A stretch of 52,215 bases of DNA from Octopus bimaculoides (lineage: Eukaryota): assembly GCF_001194135.2 (NCBI RefSeq), contig NC_069008.1, positions 9,865,229 through 9,917,443 of the forward strand, in the 5' to 3' direction. Below the pieces are notes generated by a model. That model ran no database searches. It was given only the letters and a program-made list of their open reading frames with translations, and had not been told where the DNA came from. This document shows, piece after piece, positions 22,880-35,244 of the stretch. Numbering within the stretch: position 1 is the stretch's first letter; every line of letters begins with the position of its first letter. A program made the position numbers and the translations under genes.

Positions 22880-23097
22880 TAAAGCCTAGCCAGGCTCATG
22901 GGCGCGGTTTTCCAGTTTCACTAGCGTATGTATTCCCCAGCTAGATGGAATGCCAGTCCATCGCAGCGTTACTCATTTTTGCCAGCTGAGTGGACTGGAG
23001 CAACGTGAACACAACACATCACCCGGTCCAGGAATCAAAACCACAATCTTACGATCATGGTGCTGGCACCCTGACCACTAGGCTTCGTGCCTCCACT
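22880..23097 (-). mobile_element. SINE family D
   Basis: Matches 9878-10165 and 41925-42170 (TGGACTGGAGCAACGTGAA..GGAATCAAAACCACAATCTT..ACCACTAGGC). Confidence 0.75.
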
Positions 23098-23870
23098 TAT
23101 ATATATATATATATATATATATNNNNNNNNNNNNNNNNNNNNNNNNNNNNNNNNNNNNNNNNNNNNNNNNNNNNNNNNNNNNNNNNNNNNNNNNNNNNNN
23201 NNNNNNNNNNNNNNNNNNNNNNNNNNNNNNNNNNNNNNNNNNNNNNNNNNNNNNNNNNNNNNNNNNNNNNNNNNNNNNNNNNNNNNNNNNNNNNNNNNNN
23301 NNNNNNNNNNNNNNNNNNNNNNNNNNNNNNNNNNNNNNNNNNNNNNNNNNNNNNNNNNNNNNNNNNNNNNNNNNNNNNNNNNNNNNNNNNNNNNNNNNNN
23401 NNNNNNNNNNNNNNNNNNNNNNNNNNNNNNNNNNNNNNNNNNNNNNNNNNNNNNNNNNNNNNNNNNNNNNNNNNNNNNNNNNNNNNNNNNNNNNNNNNNN
23501 NNNNNNNNNNNNNNNNNNNNNNNNNNNNNNNNNNNNNNNNNNNNNNNNNNNNNNNNNNNNNNNNNNNNNNNNNNNNNNNNNNNNNNNNNNNNNNNNNNNN
23601 NNNNNNNNNNNNNNNNNNNNNNNNNNNNNNNNNNNNNNNNNNNNNNNNNNNNNNNNNNNNNNNNNNNNNNNNNNNNNNNNNNNNNNNNNNNNNNNNNNNN
23701 NNNNNNNNNNNNNNNNNNNNNNNNNNNNNNNNNNNNNNNNNNNNNNNNNNNNNNNNNNNNNNNNNNNNNNNNNNNNNNNNNNNNNNNNNNNNNNNNNNNN
23801 NNNNNNNNNNNNNNNNNNNNNNNNNNNNNNNNNNNNNNNNNNNNNNNNNNNNNNNNNNNNNNNNNNNNNN

Positions 23871-23908
<38 letters not shown>

Positions 23909-24179
23909 TGCATATATATATAAATCCATGTACACACACACACACATCATCATCGTGAAATAACTATTAACAAAGAGAATGGAGTAATCATATTCTTGTC
24001 TTACATAAATTTACAGTTATTTCCCCAGCATTCAAACTCTAGAATATTGTTATATCACTATTATTATAGAATATATGTGATTATAGATCAAATGTCAGGT
24101 CATCAGAATTCTCTATGTAATGTATTTGCCATTACCTGTTGATGAGTTTAAATTAGTAAACTACAGAGACAATATCCAA

Positions 24180-24220
<41 letters not shown>

Positions 24221-24668
24221 CACACACACACACACACGCACATATACATATTTATATATATATGTATATATGTTTATTTGTGTGTGCATATGAGAAAAGA
24301 GATGGTGAAAGAATAAATATTTAGCCTATGAACGATTATCAGATAAACTTAGCAAATGAAGTTCATACGATAATCATTTAATCCTTTATCATCTCTTCTT
24401 CTTATTGCTCTGTACTCGATTAACACTTTGTTCAGAAACATACATATGTTGAGCTATATACCAGGTTATAGGTATTGCAATGCCTAAGCATGGCTTTATA
24501 GATGCAGGTGTGACTGTTTGGTAAGAAGCTTACTTCTCAAACACAAGGTTCTAGGTTCAGTCGCACTGCATGGCACCTTTGGCAAGTGTTTTCTACTATG
24601 GCCTCAGGCCGACCAAAACCATGTAAGTGGATTTAGTAGATGAAAGCTGTTGTGTGTGTGTGTGTATA

Positions 24669-24705
<37 letters not shown>

Positions 24706-25344
24706 NNNNNNNNNNNNNNNNNNNNNNNNNNNNNNNNNNNNNNNNNNNNNNNNNNNNNNNNNNNNNNNNNNNNNNNNNNNNNNNNNNNNNNNNNNNNNNN
24801 NNNNNNNNNNNNNNNNNNNNNNNNNNNNNNNNNNNNNNNNNNNNNNNNNNNNNNNNNNNNNNNNNNNNNNNNNNNNNNNNNNNNNNNNNNNNNNNNNNNN
24901 NNNNNNNNNNNNNNNNNNNNNNNNNNNNNNNNNNNNNNNNTGTGTATAGAGGAATATATTATTTTGTTTAAAAGAGTTCCAACACTGTCTGTTTTTTATG
25001 TTTTATTTATATTCCTGCAAAACCAATGTGGGATATAGAATATGGAATATACAATATATAATATAATATACAATATATAATATAAAATAAAAATGGATGG
25101 TACAATGAAATAAAGTATTGAATGTCTTATTGAATATATGGAATATGTCTTATTGAATAGATGAAATATTGAGTGTTCAATATAAAGGATTAAATATATA
25201 AAGGCGAATACGTATTTTCTATACCTTGTGGTATTTCATCATGGCTGGTATGACATCCTGCATGGCCAGCAAATTGTCCAACCCAGCATGGAAAGAGGAC
25301 ATTAAACAATGATAATTATGTTGATATATATATATATATATGTG

Positions 25345-25735
25345 TGTGTATTTTTGTGCCTGTGTTTGTCCCTCCCATCATCACTTGACAACCGATAAAA
25401 TAAGTACTAGGCTTAAAAATTAAGTCCTGGGGTCAATTTGTTTGACTAAAACCCTTCAAGATGGTGCTCTAGCATGGTTGCAGTCAAATGACTGAATCAA
25501 GTAAAAGAGTAAAAGATTGTGTGTGTGTGCGTGTTTTTGTTTGTTCCTCACCACCATTTGACAATTGGTGTTGTTGTGTTTCACCTTTAGCGGTTCAGCA
25601 GACAAGACTGGTAGAATAAGGACCAAACTTTAAAATAGAAAAAAGTACCAGGATCAATTTTTTTCCAGTAAAAATTCTTCAAAGCGGTGCTCCAGCATGG
25701 CCGCACTCTAATAACTGAAACAGGTAAAAGATAAA
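25345..25735 (+). mobile_element. Two tandem family-A SINE tails
   Basis: CTTGACAACCGAT..AATAAGTACTAGG..GGTGCTCTAGCATGG occurs twice (25345-25515 and 25520-25735). Confidence 0.75.
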
Positions 25736-26090
25736 TGATACTCATACAACATTCACACACACACTAAGAAAATTGCGGCATGAAATGGTAATGTGATATG
25801 GTGCATTAGCTATGAAAGATCTGTAGATGTTGCAAACAGCTATATTTAAGTTATGTATTTATTAATTAATCATTGCATCAGTAATGCTAAGTTAGATGGG
25901 AGGAAGGTGGAGCAGGAAGAAACATGTATAAGAATTGTTCTGTTACATGGAAGTTTGACGTGTCATTTAATGTGGAAGGTTCATGGTGGTGGGTGGAGAG
26001 AATTGATGTGTATATATAAACTATTAAATGTGTAATGCATACCTGCATGCAAGTAGAAAAAGAACTCAGCAGACAGAATGACTGGGATTT

Positions 26091-26192
26091 AAATATCTGC
26101 CAAAGTATAGATATGAAACAGTTATGTTGAGATGGATAGTTGATGGGAACACACAGTGTGCAATTTGTTGGTGTGTACTGGCAACAGAAAAT
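26091..26192 (+). mobile_element. Possible hAT (Buster/Charlie) transposase BED-finger relic
   Basis: The plus strand translates to KYRYETVMLRWIVDGNTQCAICWCVLATEN, resembling the KY..Y..F.W....QCVIC..VLANE N-terminus of Buster/Charlie transposases. Confidence 0.4.
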
Positions 26193-26213
26193 ACCTGTGG
26201 GACACGGACACAC

Positions 26214-26251
<38 letters not shown>

Positions 26252-26789
26252 CTATTGTACATATGGCAAGAAATAGTAAGGTCAGATCTCAGGATGCTAG
26301 ACCTCACAGAAGAGAAGGAAGATATGTACATGTATACAGACATAGACGTGTGTATGTAAATGTTTATATATATAATTATGCATCATATAAACACAAACTC
26401 CTTTTGCACTCAACACAGCCTCCTCCTCTTAACAACTGTCTCTACACACTCCTTACAAAACAATTTTTTATCTTATTTTTTCCTATCTTATATTCACTCG
26501 CTTTTTTACACTTTTATTCTTTTTTCGATTTTTTTTATCGTTCTCTCCATTGAATTTTTTAATTGTATTAGTTTTTTTAATTTTTTATAATTGTATTAAT
26601 TTCCATTTTATCCCTTTAATTTTTATTTTGTATCATTTATTTTCTTATTCATTAATTTCATCTTGTACACTTTTCCCCCTTTTCTTCCCAATGTTTTTAT
26701 CACTCATATTTTTATTTTATTTCCGTATACACACACACTTACATATACACACGTACATATAGACACACACACACACTTTTCTTTTATTC

Positions 26790-27030
26790 TTTTGCTTGTT
26801 TCAGTCATTTGACTGTGGCCATGCTGGAGCACCACCTTTTGGTTGAAGAAATCAACTCCAGGACTTATTCTTTGTAAGCCTGGTACTTATTCTATCAGTC
26901 TCTTTTGCCAAACCAGTAAGTTAGAAGGGTGTAAACACTCCAATATTGGTTGTCAAGTGAGGGTGAGGGGGACAGACACAGACATAAAGACACACACATT
27001 AAGACACACACATACATATGTGTGTGTGTG
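26790..27030 (-). mobile_element. SINE family A (3' half)
   Basis: GTTTCAGTCATTTGACTGTGGCCATGCTGGAGCACCACC..CCTGGTACTTATTCTATC. Confidence 0.8.
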
Positions 27031-27299
27031 TGTGTGTTTATATATATGCAACANNNNNNNNNNNNNNNNNNNNNNNNNNNNNNNNNNNNNNNNNNNNNNN
27101 NNNNNNNNNNNNNNNNNNNNNNNNNNNNNNNNNNNNNNNNNNNNNNNNNNNNNNNNNNNNNNNNNNNNNNNNNNNNNNNNNNNNNNNNNNNNNNNNNNNN
27201 NNNNNNNNNNNNNNNNNNNNNNNNNNNNNNNNNNNNNNNNNNNNNNNNNNNNNNNATATATGTAAAAGTTAATAAATCGTATGGTATACACCTGTTAGT

Positions 27300-28290
27300 T
27301 TGCCAGTAAAGCAAATTCACTTTCTCAGTGGTGGCTGGGTATTTGGTTAATGAGTGAGACAGAAGATGGAAGATACCAGAATCTCTATTGATCACTATAA
27401 TAGATTGAAACAAGTATAGTGATCAATAAAGATTCTCATATCTTCCATGTTCCAGCTGAAGATAGTCATTTTTCTTCTAGCGCTTACTTAAGCCACCCAC
27501 AGTAGATCTCCTTTGTTACCATTTGGTTTGGGTTTAAAAGTTCAAAGTGGACTAAACCTTTCATATCCCACCAAACAGATAACACCTTAGGTGGATGAAG
27601 GCTTTTAGCCTGGGGTGTTGGTGTTTCTCCTTTCCCTACCCACTGTCTTCAGCACTTGACATTTTTATAGAGAAGTCATTTTTCATCACCAGTCAATATT
27701 TGATCCAAAAAAGGTTCATTCATGAGACATGACAGCAAAGGAAAGCACACATTCACTGTCTGTGGACAATTAAATTCAGAAAGTCTGTGAGGAACCCAAT
27801 GACCCAATTTTCTGGCTTTTCTTATGACATGCAGGTGTTGATGCATGGTTAGATGACCAAATCCAAGCTTCTCTGCTTGTTCCGCAACAGTTATGATGGG
27901 ATTTTGTTCCACCAGGCTTTGCAGGACATCCTCATTGAGCTCTAAAAATCTTCCAGTACTTGACTCGTCTTCGAGGCTGTAGTTTCTTGTTCGGAATGTC
28001 TGGAACTACCATTGACACTGGCTTACGCTTATTGTCCAATCCCAATATACTGCATTAATACTCCTCACACTTCCCATTGCGTTGTTGCCTCTATTGAACT
28101 CATGTGTCAATTATTCTCCTCTGTCATTTCAATTATAGCTGTGAAAAAATAACTGTCAAAAATCGAACTGCACTTTTCAAAACTTGCAGTAAGAATAAGT
28201 CAAGGTAAAATTACTATCTGCTTTTGTAGTAAGCTGTTGCACATAGTTTATCCTGTCCCTGTCCGAATTTTAGTTTGGGCAATTGAAAAG
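27300..28290 (-). mobile_element. Mariner (DD34D-type) element, degenerate transposase
   Basis: ORF 27676-27912 has KLGHWVPHRLS and FLDQILTGDEK, continuing W..Y.NVK..RQWV..GE..HP.KV..VWWDMKGLVHFELL. The ends are approximate. Confidence 0.88.
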
Positions 28291-28658
28291 ACCACATTAT
28301 ATATATATATATNNNNNNNNNNNNNNNNNNNNNNNNNNNNNNNNNNNNNNNNNNNNNNNNNNNNNNNNNNNNNNNNNNNNNNNNNNNNNNNNNNNNNNNN
28401 NNNNNNNNNNNNNNNNNNNNNNNNNNNNNNNNNNNNNNNNNNNNNNNNNNNNNNNNNNNNNNNNNNNNNNNNNNNNNNNNNNNNNNNNNNNNNNNNNNNN
28501 NNNNNNNNNNNNNNNNNNNNNNNNNNNNNNNNNNNNNNNNNNNNNNNNNNNNNNNNNNNNNNNNNNNNNNNNNNNNNNNNNNNNNNNNNNNNNNNNNNNN
28601 NNNNNNNNNNNNNNNNNNNNNNNNNNNNNNNNNNNNNNNNNNNNNNNNNNNNNNNNNN

Positions 28659-28692
<34 letters not shown>

Positions 28693-29019
28693 GACATCCA
28701 CTTTTTCATGCTCACATGGATCAGACAACTTTTGTATGGCTTGATGCCCTGACATGTTTACACGGCAGACTGAAGACAAAGAACACATACTTATGACCAT
28801 TGCTGAATGTCAAGGCAAGGAGACAGTAAAACACACACACACACACACATACATTTATGAACATGTAGGTATATGTACATATATATATATACATACACAC
28901 ATGTATATGTATATAAGCACACACACACACACATATACATGCACACACATATGTACACTTGCCCCAGATCTCTGACCTTGTCTGTCCGTGTGTGTATGTG
29001 TGTGTGTATATTATTATTT

Positions 29020-29215
29020 CATTTGTTTCAGACATTTGATTGTGGCCATGTTGGGGTACCATCTTGAAGAATTTTAATCCAACAAATTGATCCGATTACT
29101 TATTTTTTAAAGCCTGGTACTTATTCTATCAGTTTCTTTTGATGAACTACTAAGCTACATTGAAATAAATGCACCAACATTGGTTGTCATGCGATGGTGG
29201 GTGACAGACACATAT
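29020..29215 (-). mobile_element. SINE family A tail
   Basis: GTTTCAGACATTTGATTGTGGCCATG..CCTGGTACTTATTCTATC. Confidence 0.7.
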
Positions 29216-29273
29216 ACATATATGTATATGTATGAGAGCATGTGTGGGAGTAAGCAATAAAATACGTAAATAA

Positions 29274-29323
<50 letters not shown>

Positions 29324-29794
29324 CATTGTTTTCTCTCACACATGCATACATGTGTATGTGTAGACAATAAAATATGTAAATATATATATATATACATACA
29401 CACACACTTGTTTTCTCTCACACATACACATGCATGCTCACTTAATCTTATGCTTTCCCACACATGTATATACACATGCTTCCCCATACACTCATACGTT
29501 CACATACATTAACCTCACACACACACACACACTTGTGCACATATTTTAGCTAGGTTACTGTTTAAACCCCTTCCATTCAACCACTTCCTTCCAGTAAATT
29601 TGAAATGTGAAACCATTACTCCAGACGAGTTGTTTTTCTCTCTCATTCCCTTCTATCAAATAGTTTAGGCTTGAAACAACAAAGATTTTTCCATTTTTCA
29701 CGAGCATCAAATTATTACACCTTGTTTGTTGTTCCTTTACCAGTCTCTGTCTTCTGTTTTTGTACATTTGAACCATATATTTATATATATGTAC

Positions 29795-30175
29795 AGTAAG
29801 CTTCTATTATTTTCTGTCTGCTAAATCCACTTATAAGACTTTGCTTAACCTGGGTCTGTAGTAGATGACACTTGTTATCCAAGGTGCCACGCAGTGAGAC
29901 TGAACCTGGAACCATGTGGTTGGGAAACAAGCTTCTTACCACTCAGCCACTCCTGCACCTCTTGCTTTCTCTCTCTCTTTCTATCATCATCATCATCACT
30001 TAACGTCCATTTTCCTGCTGGCATGGGTTGGATGGTTTGACTGGAGCCGGTAAGGCCAGGGGCTGCACCAGGATCCATTGTCTGTTCTGGTATGGTTTCT
30101 ATGGTTGAATGACCTTCCTAACACTAACCATCGGGTGCTTTTTATGTAAGACCTGCACCAGTAGAAATTCTGCCA
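29795..30175 (-). mobile_element. SINE A head (29795-29960) adjacent to tail module C (29985-30175)
   Basis: CCAAGGTGCCACGCAGTGAGACTGAACCTGGAACCATG; (CAT)n..TAACGTCCATTTTCCTGCTGGCATGGGTTGG. Confidence 0.7.
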
Positions 30176-30282
30176 TGGTAGATGAGTCTTCTTGAGTACA
30201 GAGTAATGTGCCAGATATCTCGGTCCTTTGTCATCTTCTTCATAAGGTTCAGAGTCTTGAGATTAGTTTTCAATACTCTGTG

Positions 30283-30328
<46 letters not shown>

Positions 30329-30488
30329 GGGGGTGTTTCTATGTGGCCTGCTTGTTTGTTGCACCTTGTTTACCATTTTTGTCCTTGTTCTTTTGCCACA
30401 TCATGTACCCAGTTATGTATCTATATGTACATGTGGATGAACGTATATACATACATGTACATATATATGCATATACTCATATATTGTT

Positions 30489-30531
<43 letters not shown>

Positions 30532-30542
30532 ACATAATAATA

Positions 30543-31709
30543 TAAGGTCAACATTTACTCACTTGTGACCACTCCTAGGCTTTGTCATTAATGCAGTTTA
30601 TAACCAAATTAGATGATGTTTACATTTTTAGATTGGTCACATCCTAAGCTACATTTTCAGCTACAAAATTTGAAAATTGCTTTGATAGAAAAGAAAGTTT
30701 CAGTAAAATATGTGAGGTTAAAACAGGCCACCTGAAATCAAATTTTTATAAAGAAATCTATGTTTTATTTTAGTTTATATGATAGATCTCAGCGAGAGGA
30801 ATCTATCCATGTTACTTATATGCAAAAATATTCAGTAGAAAAAAAATGTACTGAGGTAGAAAAAAAAAAAATGGAAAAAAAAAATGATTAATGCCTGAAA
30901 TTGACTTTTCAAAAGAAAACTATATTTAAATTTTACTTTTCTGATAGATCTCGACTACAGGAATCCCATGATGCTAATTATATAAAAAAAATAATTTCAA
31001 ATAAAAAATTACTGGGACCAAATGTGCTGAAAGTAGTGGCAATGCCTAAAAGCAAATTCAAAATCTAAACATTTTGTTGTTGTGTCAAAATTTTGTTTTG
31101 TTTAGCTCATATAATAGAACTCATCAAGACGAGTGTCATGGTGCTAATCTTTTCAAAAAATATTCAAATGCAAAAAGTTATTGTATAAGATAAATGTGCT
31201 AAAAAGTATGTAAAACAATTTTCAAGTAATATTATTAATTATTACAGGACTAAGACGACGAGCTGACTTAGTCGTTAACACGCAGGGTGAAAGCTTTGCG
31301 GCATTTTGTCTGTCTCTACATTCTGAGTTCCAGTTCCACTAAGGTCGTCTTTGCCTTTTAGCTTTTCATACTTGATAAAATGAGTATCAGTTGAGCACTA
31401 AAGTCAATGTAATCAATTTCCCTTCCCTTCAGATTTGATGTCCTTCTGCCAAAATTGGAAACCAATATTACAAAATGCTTGATTCAATTCAGTATTTAGG
31501 TATCTTTCAAAAATCTACCTCATATTCATAGAATACTTTATATTGTAATAAATATTCACACACGGCAGTGTGTGAATAATATTCTTAAGGTCAAAATTTA
31601 CTCATCTGCAACCACTTCGAGGCTTTGTCACTAATTCTGTCTTTTACCAAATTTGATGATATTTATATATTTTCAGATTGGTCACCCCTAAGGTACATTT
31701 TGAGCTACA
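30543..31709 (+). repeat. Pair of ~125-bp direct repeats 1043 bp apart
   Basis: TAAGGTCAA.ATTTACTCA..GGCTTTGTCA..ACCAAATT.GATGAT..AGATTGGTCAC..CTAAG.TACATTTT.AGCTACA at 30543-30665 and 31586-31709. Confidence 0.8.
31245..31470 (+). mobile_element. SINE family E
   Basis: TAAGACGACGAGCTG..TTCTGAGTTC..TTTGCCTTT..GATAAAATGAGTATCAGTTGAGCACT. Confidence 0.7.
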
Positions 31710-32741
31710 TCATATTTACAAAACATTGACGAACATGAGTTATATTTTACTGAATGATTGTGTACTTGCACATGTATGCGTTTGAGAGAGCGAGAGAGGA
31801 AGAGGTAGAGAGAGGGGAGAAAGGAATAGAGGTAGTTAAAAGTTTTCTTATGATGGCTTCTCTTCACTGCCTATTACTTCATTAGAAATCTATGGATGCA
31901 CTTACACACATAATAGAGAAAAATGAAACAAATATGGACGACTTGCTCCAAAACACCACTGAGTGGGGAACATTTCTCAAAAATAACCTGCAGTTGTTTC
32001 CTTCAGAATTCCTACATGCCCGAAATGTCCATACATCAAGGTNNNNNNNNNNNNNNNNNNNNNNNNNNNNNNNNNNNNNNNNNNNNNNNNNNNNNNNNNN
32101 NNNNNNNNNNNNNNNNNNNNNNNNNNNNNNNNNNNNNNNNNNNNNNNNNNNNNNNNNNNNNNNNNNNNNNNNNNNNNNNNNNNNNNNNNNNNNNNNNNNN
32201 NNNNNNNNNNNNNNNNNNNNNNNNNNNNNNNNNNNNNNNNNNNNNNNNNNNNNNNNNNNNNNNNNNNNNNNNNNNNNNNNNNNNNNNNNNNNNNNNNNNN
32301 NNNNNNNNNNNNNNNNNNNNNNNNNNNNNNNNNNNNNNNNNNNNNNNNNNNNNNNNNNNNNNNNNNNNNNNNNNNNNNNNNNNNNNNNNNNNNNNNNNNN
32401 NNNNNNNNNNNNNNNNNNNNNNNNNNNNNNNNNNNNNNNNNNNNNNNNNNNNNNNNNNNNNNNNNNNNNNNNNNNNNNNNNNNNNNNNNNNNNNNNNNNN
32501 NNNNNNNNNNNNNNNNNNNNNNNNNNNNNNNNNNNNNNNNNNNNNNNNNNNNNNNNNNNNNNNNNNNNNNNNNNNNNNNNNNNNNNNNNNNNNNNNNNNN
32601 NNNNNNNNNNNNNNNNNNNNNNNNNNNNNNNNNNNNNNNNNNNNNNNNNNNNNNNNNNNNNNNNNNNNNNNNNNNNNNNNNNNNNNNNNNNNNNNNNNNN
32701 NNNNNNNNNNNNTTAAGATATATATATATATGTATATATAT

Positions 32742-33183
32742 TCGACGACTGGCACCCATGCCAACGTTGTCTCCTTCATTGGACACGAAACTCAGCTTGC
32801 GAAGACTTGTTGGGGCAAGCGAAAGCGAAATCGTGATGGCACCTGTACCCAATGTCGCCTTTCTGGCACTTGTGGCCGCGGCATGTGTAAGGACTTTTGA
32901 GCGGGATCGTTGCCAGTGCCCCTGGACTGGCTCTTGTGCGGGTGGCACATAAAATACACCAGTTTGAGCATATTGGCTAACTGGCCTTCGTGCCGGTGGC
33001 ACGTAAAAGCACCCACTACACTCTCTGAGTGGTTGGTGTTAGGAAGGGCATCCAGCTGTAGAAACTCTGCCAAATCAGATTGGAGCCTGGTGTAGCCATC
33101 TGGTTTCACCAGTCTTCAGTCAAATCATCCAACCCATGCTAGCATGGAAAGCGGACGTTAAACGACGATGATGATGATGATGA
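32742..33183 (+). mobile_element. RTE-like 3' end (module C), longest 5' extension in the window
   Basis: Unique 5' part (CGACGACTGGCACCC..GCGAAATCGTGATGGCACC), about 3 hairpin units, then the tail ending GGACGTTAAACGACGATGATGATG. Confidence 0.85.
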
Positions 33184-33334
33184 TATATATATATATATAA
33201 TATGGTGTGAATCCTTTGTATCATTGTTCATTCATCAAGTATTAAAAGTTGTCATAGGTATGTAAAAACCAATCAGAAGGACAACGTGAATCATGTAGAC
33301 AAAGTAAATTATCAAGTATTACTTTTAAAATTTA

Positions 33335-33365
<31 letters not shown>

Positions 33366-34138
33366 NNNNNNNNNNNNNNNNNNNNNNNNNNNNNNNNNNN
33401 NNNNNNNNNNNNNNNNNNNNNNNNNNNNNNNNNNNNNNNNNNNNNNNNNNNNNNNNNNNNNNNNNGACACCAGCACCAGTTGTCAAGTAGTGGTGTGGCT
33501 GGACAAGCACTGACAGCCATGCCTGTGCCTATGTAAAACTATTGAGTACTTTAGCTGCACACATGCACGTGTATGTGTGTGTGTGGCAACTGGGAAGAGG
33601 AGGATTAGATTAGATGAAAAAAGCAGAGCATTAAAAGCAGGATGCCTTTACTGAATAGAAAATAATAAAGGGAGGAGGGCATGGTTTTGTTTGATTAATA
33701 ACTGTAAGGTGGAGTATGTTGCAGTTGCGCATTTGCAGCATGTGTAGGGGGGGGAGCATGTATTGTGCAAATGTTGCATTAGTGTGACATTGTACATGAA
33801 TGGGTTGCAGAAAAGGAATAAGGTGATAGCATGTGCAAGTCTGTGGGTTTATAAGTGTGTGTGAATGGTGAGTGTATGGCAGTGTGCATATTATGTAAAT
33901 ATATATACCTGCACATATACAAATATAACAAGTATACACACACCAGCACATATATTTTATGCATATTTTTATGCATACAATGCCTACAAACAGACATATA
34001 TATAAATACATGTGTGTATGTATACATACCAATCTGTTGCATAAAGAGAAAAGATTAAAATTCATATTAACTGTGTAAACACAAGTACTTACTAGTATAT
34101 ATGTGTTTATACATAAAAAGAACATAGATCTCTCTCTT

Positions 34139-34175
<37 letters not shown>

Positions 34176-34413
34176 NNNNNNNNNNNNNNNNNNNNNNNNN
34201 NNNNNNNNNNNNNNNNNNNNNNNNNNNNNNNNNNNNNNNNNNNNNNNNNNNNNNNNNNNNNNNNNNNNNNNNNNNNNNNNNNNNNNCAATGTAACAAAGA
34301 ACACAAAATAACTGTGGTTTAGTTCCTGTTTTTAAGGCAGGAACTCCTTGAAATTTTGGGTATTTGAGTATATTTAAGAATTTAAGGATTGGAGAAAACG
34401 CATGTTATAATTG

Positions 34414-34512
34414 CATACTTTATTCCTACATATGTTTCAAAGGATTACAACCTGTGTGATCCATAGGGATCTTTGATATTAAAATTGTAACCTTCTCATC
34501 AGGGAAAGCATG
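34414..34512 (-). ncRNA. Minimal type-I hammerhead ribozyme, mirror copy
   Basis: Exact reverse complement of 34609-34707. Predicted cleavage is after position 34427 on the minus strand. Confidence 0.8.
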
Positions 34513-34608
34513 GGAATCATCTTAAACGTAAGACATTATGACCGATCATGAAAACAATAGATGAATAAGGTTATGACTTGATTCATTTGAAAAAACACCG
34601 ATGATTCC

Positions 34609-34707
34609 CATGCTTTCCCTGATGAGAAGGTTACAATTTTAATATCAAAGATCCCTATGGATCACACAGGTTGTAATCCTTTGAAACATATGTAGGAATA
34701 AAGTATG
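34609..34707 (+). ncRNA. Minimal type-I hammerhead ribozyme (Penelope-like)
   Basis: CUGAUGA at 34619-34625; stem II GAAGGUUACAA/UUGUAA(U)CCUUU; GAAAC-AUAU-GUA at 34683-34694 (palindromic mini helix III); stem I CAUGCU-UUCC/GGAA-uaa-AGUAUG. Predicted cleavage is after A34694. Confidence 0.8.
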
Positions 34708-34761
34708 CAATTATAACATGCGTTTTCTCCATTCCTTAAATTCTTATATATATATATAGTT

Positions 34762-35030
34762 AATGGATTTGGTTGAGAGTAACTGAAAGAAGCCCACTAT
34801 AAATACACGTATCTGTGTCTGTGTGTTTATTCCCCACCACCACTTGGCAATAGATATTGGTATGACCCTGTAACTTAGCAGTTCGGCAAAAGTGGCCAAT
34901 GGAATAAGTGCCAGGCTTAAAAAAAACAATAATAGGCACTGGGGTAAATTCATTTGAATAAAAATCTGCAAGATGGTGCTCCAGCATGTCAATAGTCTAA
35001 ATACTGAAACAAGTCCAAGATAAAAGATAA
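34762..35030 (+). mobile_element. SINE family A, 5'-truncated
   Basis: TGGATTTGG..AACTGAAAGAAGCCC..GGAATAAGTGCCAGG..GGTGCTCCAGCATG. Confidence 0.75.
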
Positions 35031-35244
35031 TGTGAAATAATGTTTATCCAAAGCTGAACCTCTGTGAAAGAAAGCTTCACAGATGTAACAGCTGGAGAGT
35101 CAAAGGACTTCATCAAAAGAAGGCTAAAACTCATCCTTAAAAGAGAATCAGAAAACAGGTGAGGGTTGGCAACAGGATGAGCATGTGGTCATAGAAAATC
35201 TGCCTCATCAAGATTCATCTTGCCCATTGCAATCTCTTATCTTT

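Larger units (their letters stand above)
34375..34746. mobile_element. 147-bp inverted repeat (1 mismatch) around a 78-bp spacer; Penelope-like pLTR-type arms
   Basis: 34375-34521 equals the reverse complement of 34600-34746 except GGATT/GGAAT. The flanks are TA-rich. Confidence 0.9.

Noticed and set aside
22990-23958. Long ORFs spanning N runs (also 24627-25038, 26843-27413, 28237-28800, 31892-33002, 33286-33520, 34067-34322, 48306-48917, 49775-51010)
   Set aside because: They are artefacts of assembly gaps (e.g. 23123-23870, 32043-32712, 48368-48844, 49956-50780) flanked by TA/TG microsatellites.
26043-26196. Minus-strand cysteine-rich exon candidate (GIFCCQYTPTNCTLCVP...)
   Set aside because: No recognisable domain; the opposite strand is better explained as a hAT BED-finger relic.
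29555-29776. 73-aa minus-strand ORF in non-repetitive sequence
   Set aside because: No recognisable motif or convincing splice sites; the length is expected by chance.
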